A stretch of 64,000 nucleotides of DNA from Mobula hypostoma. Its lineage: Eukaryota. The translations under genes and the position numbers were made by a program. The stretch lies in contig NC_086097.1 of assembly GCF_963921235.1 (NCBI RefSeq), positions 245,832,001-245,896,000 on the forward strand, written 5' to 3'. The notes beneath the pieces were generated by a model that saw nothing but the letters and a program-made list of their open reading frames with translations, was not told where the DNA came from and did no database searches. Shown here one piece after another: positions 62,727-64,000 of the stretch (position 1 is its first letter; each line of letters opens with the position of its first letter).

Positions 62727-63381
62727 ATTATGATTATGATGATGATTATGAGGTCACACAGTCCCCTTTTACTGTCATTTAGTAATGCATGCATTAAGAA
62801 ATGATAAAAATGTTTTTCCAGAATGATATCACGAAAACACATGACAAATTGACTTAAAAACTAACAAAAACCACATAATTATAACATATAGTTACGACAG
62901 TGCAAAGCAATACCGTAATTTGATAAGAACAGACCATGGGCACGGTAAAAGTCTCAAAGTCTCTCGAAAATCCCATCATCTCACGCAGACGGTGAACCTC
63001 CAGCTCCGCCAACTTGCCGATGCAGCATCCCGGAAGCATCCAACCACAGTCTGACTCTGAGTCCGTCCGAAAAACTCCGAGCCTCTGAACACCTCTTCGA
63101 CACCGAGCACCGAGCACCATCTCTGCTGAGCGCTTCAACCCCAGCCCCGGCAACAGGCGATACGCAAAGCCGAGGATTTGAGGCCTTCGTCTCCGGAGAT
63201 TCTCGATCGCACAGTAGCAGCAGCAGCGAAGCAGGCATTTCAGAAGTTACTCCAGATGTTCCTCTGCGCTTCTCACAGCTGTCTCCATCAAATCCGGATT
63301 GTGCACGGCCCCTAGTTACACATATCGATATTCATTTGGAACAGCCGCGTGCGCTGCGTCGTGCCGCCATCTTCTCCTCCC
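62727..63381 (-). mobile_element. Apparently full-length ~655-bp non-autonomous retroposon
   Basis: Starts GGGAGGAGAAGATGGCGGC, GC/CpG-rich 5' half, ends in a (CATAAT)n tail. Confidence 0.65.
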
Positions 63382-64000
63382 ATGCATATTGTTTGTATAT
63401 GCATTTCCAAAATGATGAGCACGTTCTGTTTATTATATTAGACCCTGAAACAGGAAGAGGCCACTGGGCCCCCCAGTACCTGTTCGTTTCTCCAAGGATC
63501 ACCTTGCCGTGGTGGAGGGGCTTTTGAGTTTCTGACAATCCAAGCGCCGTCTGGAGCTTAGCTCCTGGGAGGGTCACCTGTGGCAGTAAGGTCAAGGGGG
63601 TTGTTCCAGACAAAGAGTATTCCAATCAACACCTCAGTGGTGGAACCGGTGGAAGATGATGACACCACTGAAGGCGGAGGAAGGCTGCAGCAGAGGAGGG
63701 CCCTCAGTCGTCTTGGATCTGAGGACTGTGTGGTGGCTGCCCGTGTATCAACCTGTCTGTGTGAAACAGAGTCACGCACAGGTGTTCTCCATGAAAGGGA
63801 ATAACCCCTCGGGTTATTGCCCTACTGCCCGCCCGTCCTGCAATAAGGTCTGACTAGCCTAGCTAGAATTCAAGCGGCAGCTCTATAAAACCCTGGCTAG
63901 CCCACACTTGGACTATTGGGTTCAGTTCTAGTCTCCTCATTACAGTAATGATGTGGAAGCTTTAGAGAGAGTACAGAGGAGATTCAATAGGAAGCTCAAA

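Overview
Eukaryotic (vertebrate) genomic DNA, not prokaryotic. The repeat content (dense CR1 LINEs, V-SINE-type SINEs, Penelope-type hammerhead-bearing short repeats) suggests a cartilaginous fish, probably a ray; this is inference. Bases 737-~22120 hold the last four coding exons and 3' UTR of GLI3 on the + strand: zinc fingers 3-5, the post-finger region, six PKA sites and the C-terminal activation domain. All splice junctions are canonical GT-AG and in phase. The remaining ~42 kb has no recognisable host gene. It is a nest of transposons: CR1 LINEs (one near full-length), a full-length decayed hAT/Buster (Charlie-type) element with TIRs and TSD, Rex1/Babar, RTE, L2 and Penelope fragments, a solo LTR, MITEs, SINEs and microsatellites. 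Best candidate for something new: a 16-nt cassette micro-exon (4567-4582) in the GLI3 intron right after the zinc-finger exons. It has good splice signals, three flanking ACTAAC (QKI/SF1-type) motifs and tandem in-frame stops. Inclusion would give either an NMD 'poison' switch or a splice-encoded GLI3 repressor-like truncation. Also notable: a hammerhead-ribozyme-type retro-insertion with a 13-bp TSD in the GLI3 3' UTR and a 50-bp-arm intronic hairpin. Repeat boundaries are approximate unless a TSD or TIR is quoted.
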